A DNA stretch of 59,918 nt, filler included, from Sphacelaria rigidula (lineage: Eukaryota), in the NCBI GenBank assembly GCA_964200075.2. It is 6 parts of 6 records of this genome, joined end to end, with 100 filler letters (N's around TTAATTAATTAA, not from the genome) between each part and the next. Parts side by side here need not be neighbours in the genome. Positions count along the whole stretch, not along the records: positions 50,018 to 59,918 come from CAXNAA020007522.1; 5 more parts are not named here. The stretch is one strand, 5' to 3'. The notes beneath the pieces are model-generated. The model did no database searches. It was not told the origin of the DNA and was given only the letters and a program-made list of their open reading frames with translations. A program made the translations under genes and the position numbers. This document shows positions 49,918-59,918 of this stretch, one piece after another (position 1 is the first letter of the stretch; each line of letters begins with the position of its first letter).

Positions 49918-50017
49918 NNNNNNNNNNNNNNNNNNNNNNNNNNNNNNNNNNNNNNNNNNNNTTAATTAATTAANNNNNNNNNNNNNNNNNNNNNNNNNNN
50001 NNNNNNNNNNNNNNNNN
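49918..50017. other. Artificial contig spacer
   Basis: N44-TTAATTAATTAA-N44. Confidence 0.99.
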
Positions 50018-53000
50018 TTCGAGACATATTTACAACGACCACTCTCAAGGATGGCGCGATTATTGATTGAGGGGGAGTTTTAAGATTTTTAGTTAGCCGC
50101 GAGGTGTCTGCGCTCAAAGCTGAAACACAGATGAATTTGGCCGTGATGACTGGTCAGGGTCAGCTGAAAACCTATTTCTTGTGATTCTCGGGTGTATTTG
50201 AGTTTGAATTTGTTAACCTTCTCCCCAGGTTCGTCCTGCTGATTTGATCCGGTCAATTTGATCCCGTTATAGTTCGTTTCGCTACCTAAATATCAAAACC
50301 TCATGTTGATTTCCTTTTGGGCACAGGTATTCCAGACGTCGGGCAGAATGTGAATCTCTGACCCATTTGCGGGGTAACTAGACGGTTTCTCTTTTCTGTT
50401 TTATCATCCTCTTCTTCTGTCCGTTTGTTATCACCTAGTGACGGACTCGTGCTTCCGTTTGCACATGATACAGTACCTTGATATTCAGCACGCTGTCAGC
50501 TTCAAGGCCTGGAACTGGGGGGTTGGAAATAACTCAAGAGGATGCCTCTTCGAAAACAAGTCATGTCATACCTGGATTTGAGCCCATGCTTACGTGTTTT
50601 TTGTCGAGCTCTGCATCTGAGTGCGGTTGATTATCACCATCGTTTATAGCCATGTAGTAGGGAAGAATAATCAGCTAGAAATTGTCCGGTTTCTCCCGGT
50701 AGGAAGTACCAGTGTCTAACGTCAAAATTGTTACCGTTGGGTGATGTTAGCAGATGATAGGGAACACTACACAAGATGTACAAAACACGCATGGTGGTAC
50801 TTTAACGCCACCCCTCTGAAACACCCCATATAAACCTGATAATATTGCCTTACGAGACTTCAGTGTACTGTCGTAGGGCTTGAGGCCCAAGCTTGGGTCA
50901 AATTCAGGCTGATTTGCTTGTATTCGCCGGTAGTGTAGAAAGTGGTTGAGACTTGCCCACATTCATTCTTCACTCACAGCCTGCCTGGGTGATGCTGTAC
51001 CGAATGGCGCTCTCTCCACAAGCTTGGTTGCACGCGACGGCTGATAGGTGCAGCTTGTCGTCGTTACCACTAAACAAAACGGAGCCTACCTCTGTGATGT
51101 AGCAAGCAGTAATCCCGTGCTGCACACCGCGGCAAAAAGAGCAGTAGTAGCTGTTCATATGACTGATTGTGTCGTGCAGGAGATGTCGTTTTTTGTTCAC
51201 TGCCCGATACGGTACAGCACAGCACCGCACAGCATGGATATACTGTACAAGTGTCGTCGAGCTGAGTGCCGCATTCAGGGTTGGCCAGGACTTTCTCGCT
51301 GGAAGGAGAAGTTCTGAGGGATGTCGATGCCGTAGGGGACCATCTGTGTTGGCAGTCAGCGTATTTACCACCTGTGGTATGTACACAGACAGAGTGTGTT
51401 CGGGGGTTGAGCGACACTGTAATGCGTGAAAGGATCGCGTGCGTAGAGGACCGCATCGTAGTTAAAAACACCTCAGGGTCGACGTTTTTGAAAACCAATC
51501 GAGCAGTCCCTGCAGGGACCACGCCCCGGACCCTAACCCGAACCCTAACCCTAACCCCAACCAGAGGGATGTTCAAATTTCAATGCGATCCTCTAAGCAC
51601 GCGGTCCTCTCACGCATCACAGACACTGTTACCGCACTGGTTGGTAGGACAGTGGTCACGCCCTTTTGAGCACGGTCGGCACATTCTCCGCCGATGTAAC
51701 TGGTGTGCCATCGGTACGGAAGAGATTCAAAGTAAACAATTCACCAAAGTACACTATAATAGGGTGTGTTTTACGGAGATTATTCGTTCCTGAAGGCTCA
51801 CCATATCCTTTTCTGGTATACTTCGTGTTCTCATGACTAGAGCCGACTTTACGTATGGGACAGGGAAGCATGTGGCTAGCTGTACTTGAGTAGTGTATGG
51901 GCATTAGTGTTTAGGTTGCGGTTGAGTCCTGCTCGCGGAAGGTTTTATGGATCCGAGGAGTACCTTGACGACACGTTTGTTCGGCCTCTCAGCATGTGCT
52001 CCAGATGGGCACAGCATCACGCGGCTTCAAGGTCTAGACAGGATCCCATATTGCCCGCCCCTCCTTCCCGAACAATGTAAATATAAACAAACGAAATCAA
52101 ACATCCAAAAACGCACTGAACACTAGCAGCCCTTGCCCCTCTACTTCGCATATATACTCAGCGTTTGGGACGATTATCTTCCACCATTCTGGTCACTATT
52201 AGGTACAAGTTTTTGCTTGAGATTGACTCATGGCTTCCTACTTTGGATCTGTGCATTTTTCAGCACTTCATATTTTGCATTATCGTAGTTCTTTTTTGTC
52301 CATGTAGTCATCTCGAGCTATTGTGTGATGCATGGGTCTCAATACTGGACAGGAAAAGGGCGACTTCTATATTTTTCAGTGGAAAATACGACGTGTTCTA
52401 GAAATATTCGTATCATTTGTTATGAACTTGTTTATGGATATTATCTTATGTATGTTGTTCTATTTAGCTTGGTGATAAAAGAGAAAACGGATAGTGTACA
52501 CCCGTCCGTGACCAGTATATTCGACTCCTCAGTGTACCGTTCAATTTGTTTTGGTGCGCATTTTTTCAAGCCGTTATCCGATTGCACTTCGGGTAATTTT
52601 GCACATGAGTTTGTGGGATACCCCTCAATATTGAGAAAGATATCGGCGGCTGCTACTTTCCAGTGACCGTCGTGGTATCAACACGCGAGATGTGTAGTCT
52701 GCCTAAGAAACGCCAAGGACCAGCCAGGACAGGGGAACCCTCGAACGCTCACCTCTACATACATGATACACGTATTTTCCCGGATTTGAGTGGCTGAAGG
52801 ATCCCCCAGCGTTGAAGTTGCTTTGGACAGATATAGCTTGCCCCGCGTATTGTTCATGATGTATTGGCCGTGAAGCTATCAATGGTCAACATTCCAACAG
52901 GCTTACGTTGTCGTGAAAAATATCCATGCCGTCGAGCGTAACTTTCTCGAACCCTGGAACGAGAATCAACCCCGAAGCAACCGTTTGACCACCACTAGCC

Positions 53001-53645
53001 ATGCTTAGATTCATTCATGTATCGACGAGTGAACTTGCTCTATTATGTAATAGAAGGTATCCGCTACACGTGCCGTACGACGCTGTGCATACGTTTTACC
53101 GTGCAGTCCTCGATCACGCTTCACAACGTCGAGAGCGATGCCGTTCGGCTCAGGTTGCTCCTGCCAGGCAACCTCCGCGAGGAGGTACCCAATTCGGAAC
53201 GAAAGAGGGTGAGTCATCGCAGCAAGTAATGCTTGCTAAACCGGCGCACTGGAGCAAGTCACCGGAACGCCTCTTAGGTTATGCTGGCCACCTGTTGATT
53301 CTAGTGCTGCGATAGCAGCTCATTCCTCGTGATCCTAGTTCCTAGTTCTCCTCTTGGAACCATGGTCATGAGTTGGTCCCATAGTGGGCTTTGTCCCCTT
53401 AAGTGTAAAACACTGACCATGATAGGTTTAATTGGATGGGGGCTCTATCATCTCAGCAACACTGTCGACATCAGCATTGACACACTTCCCAACTCTTGGG
53501 TATGTATCCTCAATTCCACACACTGTAGTCATGCATGCTTACCTCGCACGATGCTGTCAGCCCGTGCTTTGTTTATGTGATCCCCACCGGTGTGTAAGAC
53601 CCGGTGCGCACCCTGCCCCGGCTTGCGACAATTGGTGAACGTTAG

Positions 53646-54899
53646 GTGTGCGCCTTGCTCGGATCTTCGCTCAAGCCAGACCCGGCAGACAGGCCAAGCC
53701 TGTCAGAGCTGCGCAATCACCTGGAAGATCTCCGCACCAAGGTACAGTTACCGGCGTCCGCCAGCCCTTCACCTACCTACCGTGCCCTTTCAGCCGGAAG
53801 CCGTAGTGCACGGTTGCCAACGATCGCCGAAGATGATAGTGAGAACGTGCCGGCGTCTGCGGTGTCCCTGGGGGGTGGAGGGCCTTCCCATGATGTTACG
53901 CATGCAGACAGTATCAGACTTGACCCTGTGCCACTAACACACGGAAACAACGAGGATAGCACCGAGCAACAGCCGGTGAGCCCTCAGGTTACTCCTCCAA
54001 CACATGTCTCAAGGTTCCTCGGATTTATCCCCTCGACTCTGAGGTGCCGCGTCGGCCCACACGGTGACTACTCCCGCAAGCTGCCAAGGTTGTCATCTGT
54101 TGCGAAGCAGAGAAAAAGGCAGGGATCTTCGACTCCATTTCGGGACAGTGTGGAGGAAATTGCGCATGTGCCCGTCACGAGCAACCGCATGACCGTAAAG
54201 ACAGAGCATGGGTGGTTTTGCAACCCGATGGAGAACTGTACGGCTGGCGCTGTAGAGGAAGATTGTGCAGGTGTCCCCCCCTCAACAATGTCTTCAAATG
54301 TAGCGATCGAACCTCTTTTACTCGCGACGAGAGTGTTCCCGCCTGGGACACAAGCACGGCGTTGGCGTGCAGAAAAACATAGTCGAGATGTGTCTGCACG
54401 TTCGGAGACGACGAGTATTGGTGGAACGCGTTCGTCGACGACGACTCCAAGTTCGGACGGGATACTAGGAGAAGGTCCACGAGGTGGGAAAGAGGGGCGC
54501 GCTTCTATGGGATCACTCTCGCGCGCAACTTATTCAAACCAATGTAGCATCCCCTGCCGCCCCCCCTCTGGGTTTGTACAATCGCCTCCCCGATCTGGCC
54601 CAATCATGTCATTTGTTGGTCCGCCGCCAGACCTGGCTTTGTGCGGTCGTCTTCCATCCGGCCCAATCATGTCATTTGTTGGTCCGCCGCCCGACCTGGC
54701 TTTGTGCGGTCGTCTTCCGTCAGACTTCGGTCGACCCACCGGCTCCGATTGCACTAAACTCCGCTCACCACCTCCGAGACTGTGTGCAATGCCAAGGAAT
54801 CTCTCCAGTCAGCAGGGTGTCGTCGGCCTACCGTACGTGGCAGGAAACGAGGATGGAACCGTCACTAGCCTGAGCTTTTTCAGCAAGCCTATTTTTTAG
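53646..54899 (+). CDS. Terminal exon of the kinase: subdomain XI plus Ser/Pro-rich tail (417 codons open)
   Basis: TTAG acceptor, longest ORF in the window, DPxxRPS motif. Confidence 0.7.
   Translation: MCALLGSSLKPDPADRPSLSELRNHLEDLRTKVQLPASASPSPTYRALSAGSRSARLPTIAEDDSENVPASAVSLGGGGPSHDVTHADSIRLDPVPLTHGNNEDSTEQQPVSPQVTPPTHVSRFLGFIPSTLRCRVGPHGDYSRKLPRLSSVAKQRKRQGSSTPFRDSVEEIAHVPVTSNRMTVKTEHGWFCNPMENCTAGAVEEDCAGVPPSTMSSNVAIEPLLLATRVFPPGTQARRWRAEKHSRDVSARSETTSIGGTRSSTTTPSSDGILGEGPRGGKEGRASMGSLSRATYSNQCSIPCRPPSGFVQSPPRSGPIMSFVGPPPDLALCGRLPSGPIMSFVGPPPDLALCGRLPSDFGRPTGSDCTKLRSPPPRLCAMPRNLSSQQGVVGLPYVAGNEDGTVTSLSFFSKPIF
54594..54719 (+). repeat. In-frame 63-bp tandem duplication
   Basis: SGPIMSFVGPPPDLALCGRLP x2. 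Confidence 0.95.
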
Positions 54900-57646
54900 T
54901 CTTCTTGAACGGATAATGTGGATGGTGAGGGATCCATACAAAAGCACATAGTTTTTTTGTGTATTGTTGAGTGAAGAACATCTTGCGTATTGCAGCTGCC
55001 GAGGGAAATCAACGATCCGTCAAATTAGGGTAGTCTTGGAATTTGTTGTTTGCCCCATTTTGTCTCCAAGCAAAACTCCGTGGAATTTGCGGGAGTCTCT
55101 TTGGTATACATGTGTGTGTATATATATTTGTGTGTATGATCCAGCAAAGAGGGAGACCTGGCGCCTTGTACAATAATAATAGTTTCGACCACTTATTTGG
55201 CGAGGAAAAATAGGGCTGTCAGATGGAGGGGTGCGAGGGGAGACGGGAGGGAGTCGCGAAGAAAGCGCATTTCAGGTGTTCTTGCTCATTATAGTCACGC
55301 GCGCGGACTGCGGGTGGGTAAGGGATGGCGACTACTGGTTGGGATTTATTCAGAGGAATGTGGTACAAAATGCTTTACTGTGACGACGGTACAGGGTGAG
55401 AAGAGGTCCATGTGGGTGGAGTTGAGCATCAAGTGGAGCAAAGACTGTTGGCAATGATGAAATAACGGCGTTAACGTACTTCATGCTGTAATATCTGCGA
55501 AGGGGCGGGTAACTGTTTCTTTGGTCGCGGCTTTCATGAGGTCGAGGAACGTCCCCGAGGAGGAGGTCAAATTGAGAAACCCCTGCACTCGGGAAGGAGG
55601 AAATGCACGGGCAGACTGGATGAAGGCTGATGAAATGTCTCAGTTTAGATATTCTTGCTCATTGCAGTCGTGCGGAGAGGGCGACCGGGGGCGGTGGGGC
55701 GGGGAGGCGGGGGGGCGGAGGGCGGAGGGCGCGAAGAGGGGGGTGACTGGTTGAGATTGGTTTAGGGGAGGGTGGTACAAGCACTACTGTGATGATGGCG
55801 CAGCTGAGAAAAGTGAATATTAGTTGAGTTGAGTTGAGTACTGAGTGGAGCGAGGCCTTGCGTTTCGTGATGCTGGTACAGGTGTGCCAAGGTGGTTCCT
55901 GTTGAAACATCCACGAAAGGGCGCGGAATCATGGTGACCTTCCAGAGGCGCGCGTCTTGTAGTCGAGGATAATCGTCGGGGGCGAGAAGACGGAGGGCGG
56001 AAAACGGACCTTGCTGTTTCTATTTCACTTTGTCATCATCGTATTACCAGTTATTGACGTGATTTTACACTCAGTGTTAAGTTTTGGGCAGAGTAGATGC
56101 ACTGACATTAGCACAAAATGATACCGCGTACTGCAGGTATTGTGAAATGACGTTCGCTGTTTCCCGTTCCCCCGCCCCCCCTCCCACCCAAACTCTTGCT
56201 GTGTGTACCCCGCACAACCGTGTTGGCTTTTAAGGACGAGGTTGCTCCCAGAGGAGCTGGTCGATGGTCGTTGTCGCGTACACGCCGCAAGCTGCCAAGC
56301 TCCACGTTTGGGGCTTTGTATCACACGCGTAAGGTTATACTCCACCCGCCGTATTACGTGCAGAGGGAGTACATTGGTTCGGTTGTCAGAGCCGCAGCGC
56401 GAAGTTGAATGTTCGACTCTCCCTCCACAGGATGGTGTTCAGGCGTCCTTTGCTCAGTGTTGTAGTGCCGATCGGCATCAACATATTCCTAGGATATAAC
56501 AGAGTGAATTATTGAGTTGTCGATGGATTGATTGTTGTGTTGCACATGAGCAAATCCCCTAGAGATGCAGTCGTAGTCACAATATAGACGTACACAAGGA
56601 CAAATAGAAACATCATGACTTGCTGTTCGAAGCTCGACAAGGTAGGGGGGGGGGATGAAGATGGACAAAAGGAACAGACGGAATTCACACTGAAGTACAG
56701 CGTACACGAAAAAGCAACCGCTAAGGCAAATACATATACAGAAGGTGAAGGAATGCATAATAGGTGGGGGGAGAGAAGTAGCACAAATAAATATTGATCT
56801 CGAACCGATCCTGCTGAAACAACAAAAGGTTCACCGGCCCCTTTCGGCTGATGTCGCGATAGCCCTTACCAGAAAAAGCGGCTGGTTTGGGAAGGCAAAA
56901 TCTGCATATAAGTCAACATCAAACAAAGCCGAGCACATCGAGCAGTTGGGAACTCCCGCCGCTTGTGATCGTTCCCGCGAATGTTGTCAATTTTTAGTTT
57001 GTTCTGGGCTGTTGTTGACGACGGTAAACGGGCTGCTCTGACGATCCCAGCATACGGGATGTGAGGCACATGGGCCCAAAAGTGTTTGACATGATATTGT
57101 CTTCTCCCTTTTGGGGGGTGGAAAATAAACGAGTGGATGAAGTTTCCAACTATATCCCCAAAATCTAACCGCCGTTCCCAGCGTGAAATATTGCTGGTAG
57201 ATATCAACACCCGGAGCTCCAAAGTACACGCCTCTTTTTTGTCCTGACCTCCGATTTACTTCAATAGGACTTGATTGATACGGCGGCATTTGACCTGTTG
57301 ACACCAAACATGACGTATTTGATAAATCTAGTGTTCATATCTATATATTCGGTGTATACGCCAATCCCATTTTGGTGGTATTTACGTCTGTGTCCTTCAC
57401 TTCGAACCAAACTTTGTGACTTTGTCACCATAACACTTTTATCTCCTTTCCTTCCTTCGGGATAAGTTCATAGTCTCAAGGGATCGCCTCTTCTTTTGCC
57501 CCCTACTTGCCTGACCCTTCGGTATCGCGGACTGGATCAGAACTCCCCGACGTCGGTGATACTATTGTATGAAGAGCTACTAGAATCGAGTTCGGCGTGA
57601 AACACGAATAGTTGCCCTCAGGATTTTGTACACCATTTTGGGTCAT

Positions 57647-58782
57647 GCTCATGAACCAAAATAGTGTCATCAGCAAAATGTCTTTTGCAATACCTACTGA
57701 ATAGCCGCATACATGACATCATACTGATGGCCATGCAGAGCTGAAGAGCTTGACATAGCCGGGTTTGGGTTCAAGGCCATGGTGGTGGTGTTAAGGGCGA
57801 AATGGGACCCCGACTAATCAGCGCCCTTCAAATTCTTTTGATACCAAAAGTACGAATTCCAAAAAAGTCCAATTTTCACCCAATGTCTATATGATTCAGA
57901 TCGTAGAACCACCATCAGCTCGGGACTCTAACAGATTTGGAAACAATTACAACGGGGTCGAACAATACCCGAGACCGTGGTATCTCGGTGATGTCGGGTT
58001 TCAACGTCGTCTCATTTCCACTGATGCTACGCACGAAAGGTGCAGGGAGCCTCATGACGGTAGCCCTTGTGTCTGTTATAGAAAAGCTCAGATGATCCTC
58101 AAACTTGGCAGTTTCGCAGGTGGTATTGATGCTCCGAAAAGAGAAATTGTATTTTTGACAATGTTTCAAAGTTCGCCCGTTCTCTACCGGCTTCCGGGGG
58201 TCCCAGTGTAAAGACCCTCAGAAGGCGGTACAGAATACCTCAAAAGCAGAAAAAATTATGCGTCCGGGGGTAGTCCAAGGAACATCTGTACGAAGTTAAG
58301 TAGTAAAACTCGAAAGCTCCGTACAGTTTGTCTAGCCTTGGCGTTAAATATACCCCAAAAAACGTCTTCATACTAGAATCTAGTTGTTACAGGCTGGTTC
58401 ACGCTCATCACCCAAAATTGTGTCACAAGCAAATGTCTTCCGCAATACTTACCCAGTAGCCGCATACGTGATACCATACTGACCGCTATGGACAGCTGAA
58501 GAGCTTGACAACCATATTTGTGTTCAAGGCCATACTGGTAGCGCTGAAAGCGAAAAGGTATACCTCGACCAATCAGCGCCCTTCGAATTGTTGTATGATT
58601 GAAAACATGAATTCCAAGCCCAATTTATACCCAATCTCCACATGCTTTAAATCGTAGTAACCGCCATCAGCTCGGGATTCTGACGGAAAATACAGATTTG
58701 AAAACGGGTACAACGGGATCAAATCACACTCAAATCGTGATGTTCCGTTGATGTGGGGTTCCAGCGTCGCCTAATTTCACTG
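57647..58782 (+). repeat. Diverged direct repeat of about 380 bp (57647-58023 and 58403-58782)
   Basis: Shared collinear blocks TAGCCGCATAC, AGCTGAAGAGCTTGACA, GTTCAAGGCCAT, AATCAGCGCCCTTC, CCATCAGCTCGGGA, TACAACGGG. Confidence 0.85.
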
Positions 58783-59368
58783 TAGTAGTGTTCATCTGAA
58801 GTAGAAGGTCTTTGCGATCTTTTCGTAGTCGGGGATTTTTAATGTTTCTTCGCGTGCCACCGCTCATCCCAGCATGCGGTTGATCCCAAAGTTGAGTCGA
58901 GATATACTAGCAATCCGATTTTTATGTAATTTAGGGTAGTACCCTCCTAGAAGGGGAGCCACATTACACCTTTGGTCGGTATGTTCTCACGAAGAGAGGC
59001 TTAAGCCGTGTGTGCATTGGTTGCAGGCAAAGCTGTGTACAACAGTCCGCCTAGATCCAAATCGCAGTTGGGCAACCCAATCCAGAGCGTTCAAAGAAGT
59101 GGGATATCCACTTGTACGATACAATACTGACCAGAAGCCAATAGTCCCCACGGCTAAGGCTCATCGGTAAGGACTCACTTAGAACTCTGAGCAACGGCGG
59201 CAAAATCAGGTTGTGTCCGGTGTCCAAAGAGAGTGATCACGGAAGGGGTTGGGGGTACTCGATACGAACTACCCTACGCCCAGAAATGTATCCATACCTA
59301 GTCATGGTACAAGGACGACAAGCCAACGGTGGTGAAACCGAGACGTTGCTAGCCCATACAATTCGTCC

Positions 59369-59845
59369 GTGACGGTAAAAACCTCGTTTATCGTATCGTC
59401 AATCCTAAATCCAAGGAGCATTCCAGCAATACTGTCCGTTGTGCACATGCACATACAATGCCAACAAGAGAGTTCAACCATACAACATGTATTTCTTATC
59501 GCAACCGCTGTCAACAATTGGGAATACCGATCAGAATCTTCCAAACTCTCGTCCCTCAACGAACCAATCAAAGATTCATATCCAAATGTTGTTTTTACTC
59601 CGAGTCATGTGTGCCCAGGCAGTTACTGTTCGCCATCGAAGCCAGTCTCTTCAAATACCATGGAACAGCGGATCCTGAAAGATGGGGTTCATCTCAACAA
59701 TGAGGTTGAAGTAGCATTTATTTTCTGCAGGGATCACGCGAAACACTCACGACCAAACGAAGCCATCTTCCCCCTTAAATGTCCGCAGTAGTTAAGTAGC
59801 TGTGGCTAGGTGCACCTAGCGAATGCGGTGTGTACTTGTGTCGAT
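59369..59845 (+). pseudogene. Second copy of the unidentified coding relic (homologous to 8440-8610)
   Basis: EQRILKDGVHLNNEVEVAFIFCRDH..KCPQ*LSSCG*VHLANAV; interrupted by a MITE at 59853. Confidence 0.5.
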
Positions 59846-59852
59846 GACGATA

Positions 59853-59918
59853 AACAGTGTTTTCGTGAGATTGAGAGTAGATGATACGATTGAGAGTGGC
59901 TTTGATCATTCCCTTTAA
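59853..59918 (+). mobile_element. Terminus of an AAC-family MITE at the contig end
   Basis: Identical start to 29865-29910; continuation TTGATCAyTCsCTTTAA matches 8851-8867. Confidence 0.85.

Larger units (their letters stand above)
50327..54899 (+). pseudogene. Multi-exon protein kinase (pseudogene or pseudokinase), 5' part missing
   Basis: Candidate exons in kinase order: 50327-50373 RRRAECESLTHLR (alphaC), 51048 to about 51170 (decayed catalytic loop to VHMTD), 51279 to about 51353 GLARTFSLEGEVLRD, 51942-52031, 53107-53184 RLLLPGNLREE, and 53646-54899 VCALLGSSLKPDPADRPSLSELRNHL (subdomain XI) with a long disordered tail. Confidence 0.65.

Noticed and set aside
51530..51562. Telomere
   Set aside because: Only a few degenerate CCCTAA units, internal to a probable intron
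55190..56010. Purine-rich region with a short repeated TTCTTGCTCATT motif, possible gene or LINE fragment
   Set aside because: No coherent frame or recognisable motif
1..59918. Sex-determining or centromeric region suggested by high TE density
   Set aside because: Unplaced short contigs are repeat-enriched by ascertainment, and there is no marker gene or satellite array

Overview
Eukaryotic, intron-containing, TE-saturated DNA, most likely from a brown alga (Phaeophyceae). This assignment is inferred from repeat style, (CAA/GAC)n-rich intron ends, a bipartite plastid-targeting leader and TTAGGG-type motifs. The window is not one locus. It is six independent contigs (9904, 9904, 9904, 9904, 9901 and 9901 bp, in decreasing size) joined by identical 100-bp N44-TTAATTAATTAA-N44 spacers, so nothing can be linked across the spacers. 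Contig 1 holds a decayed full-length Ty1/Copia element (942-7997, minus strand, 332-bp LTRs) carrying a MITE and a tRNA-derived SINE, inserted into an unidentified coding relic that recurs in contig 6. Contig 2 is a nested stack of DNA-transposon derivatives plus a Gypsy solo LTR. Contig 3 has two divergent host genes with organelle-targeting-like N-termini, LINE ends and MITEs. Contig 4 is a chromodomain-type Ty3/Gypsy element whose LTR-PBS-gag block is inverted relative to pol, with two hAT-like insertions. Contig 5 holds an internally deleted pogo element and a SINE. Contig 6 holds a multi-exon protein kinase with decayed catalytic motifs. I found no CRISPR, rRNA or convincing functional tRNA, and no clearly supported novel biological system. 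The best leads are mobile-element oddities: a possible RING/OTU-like multicopy relic, the rearranged Gypsy, Sola-like and unclassified 4-bp-TSD MITE families, and a SINE tail shared with another element.
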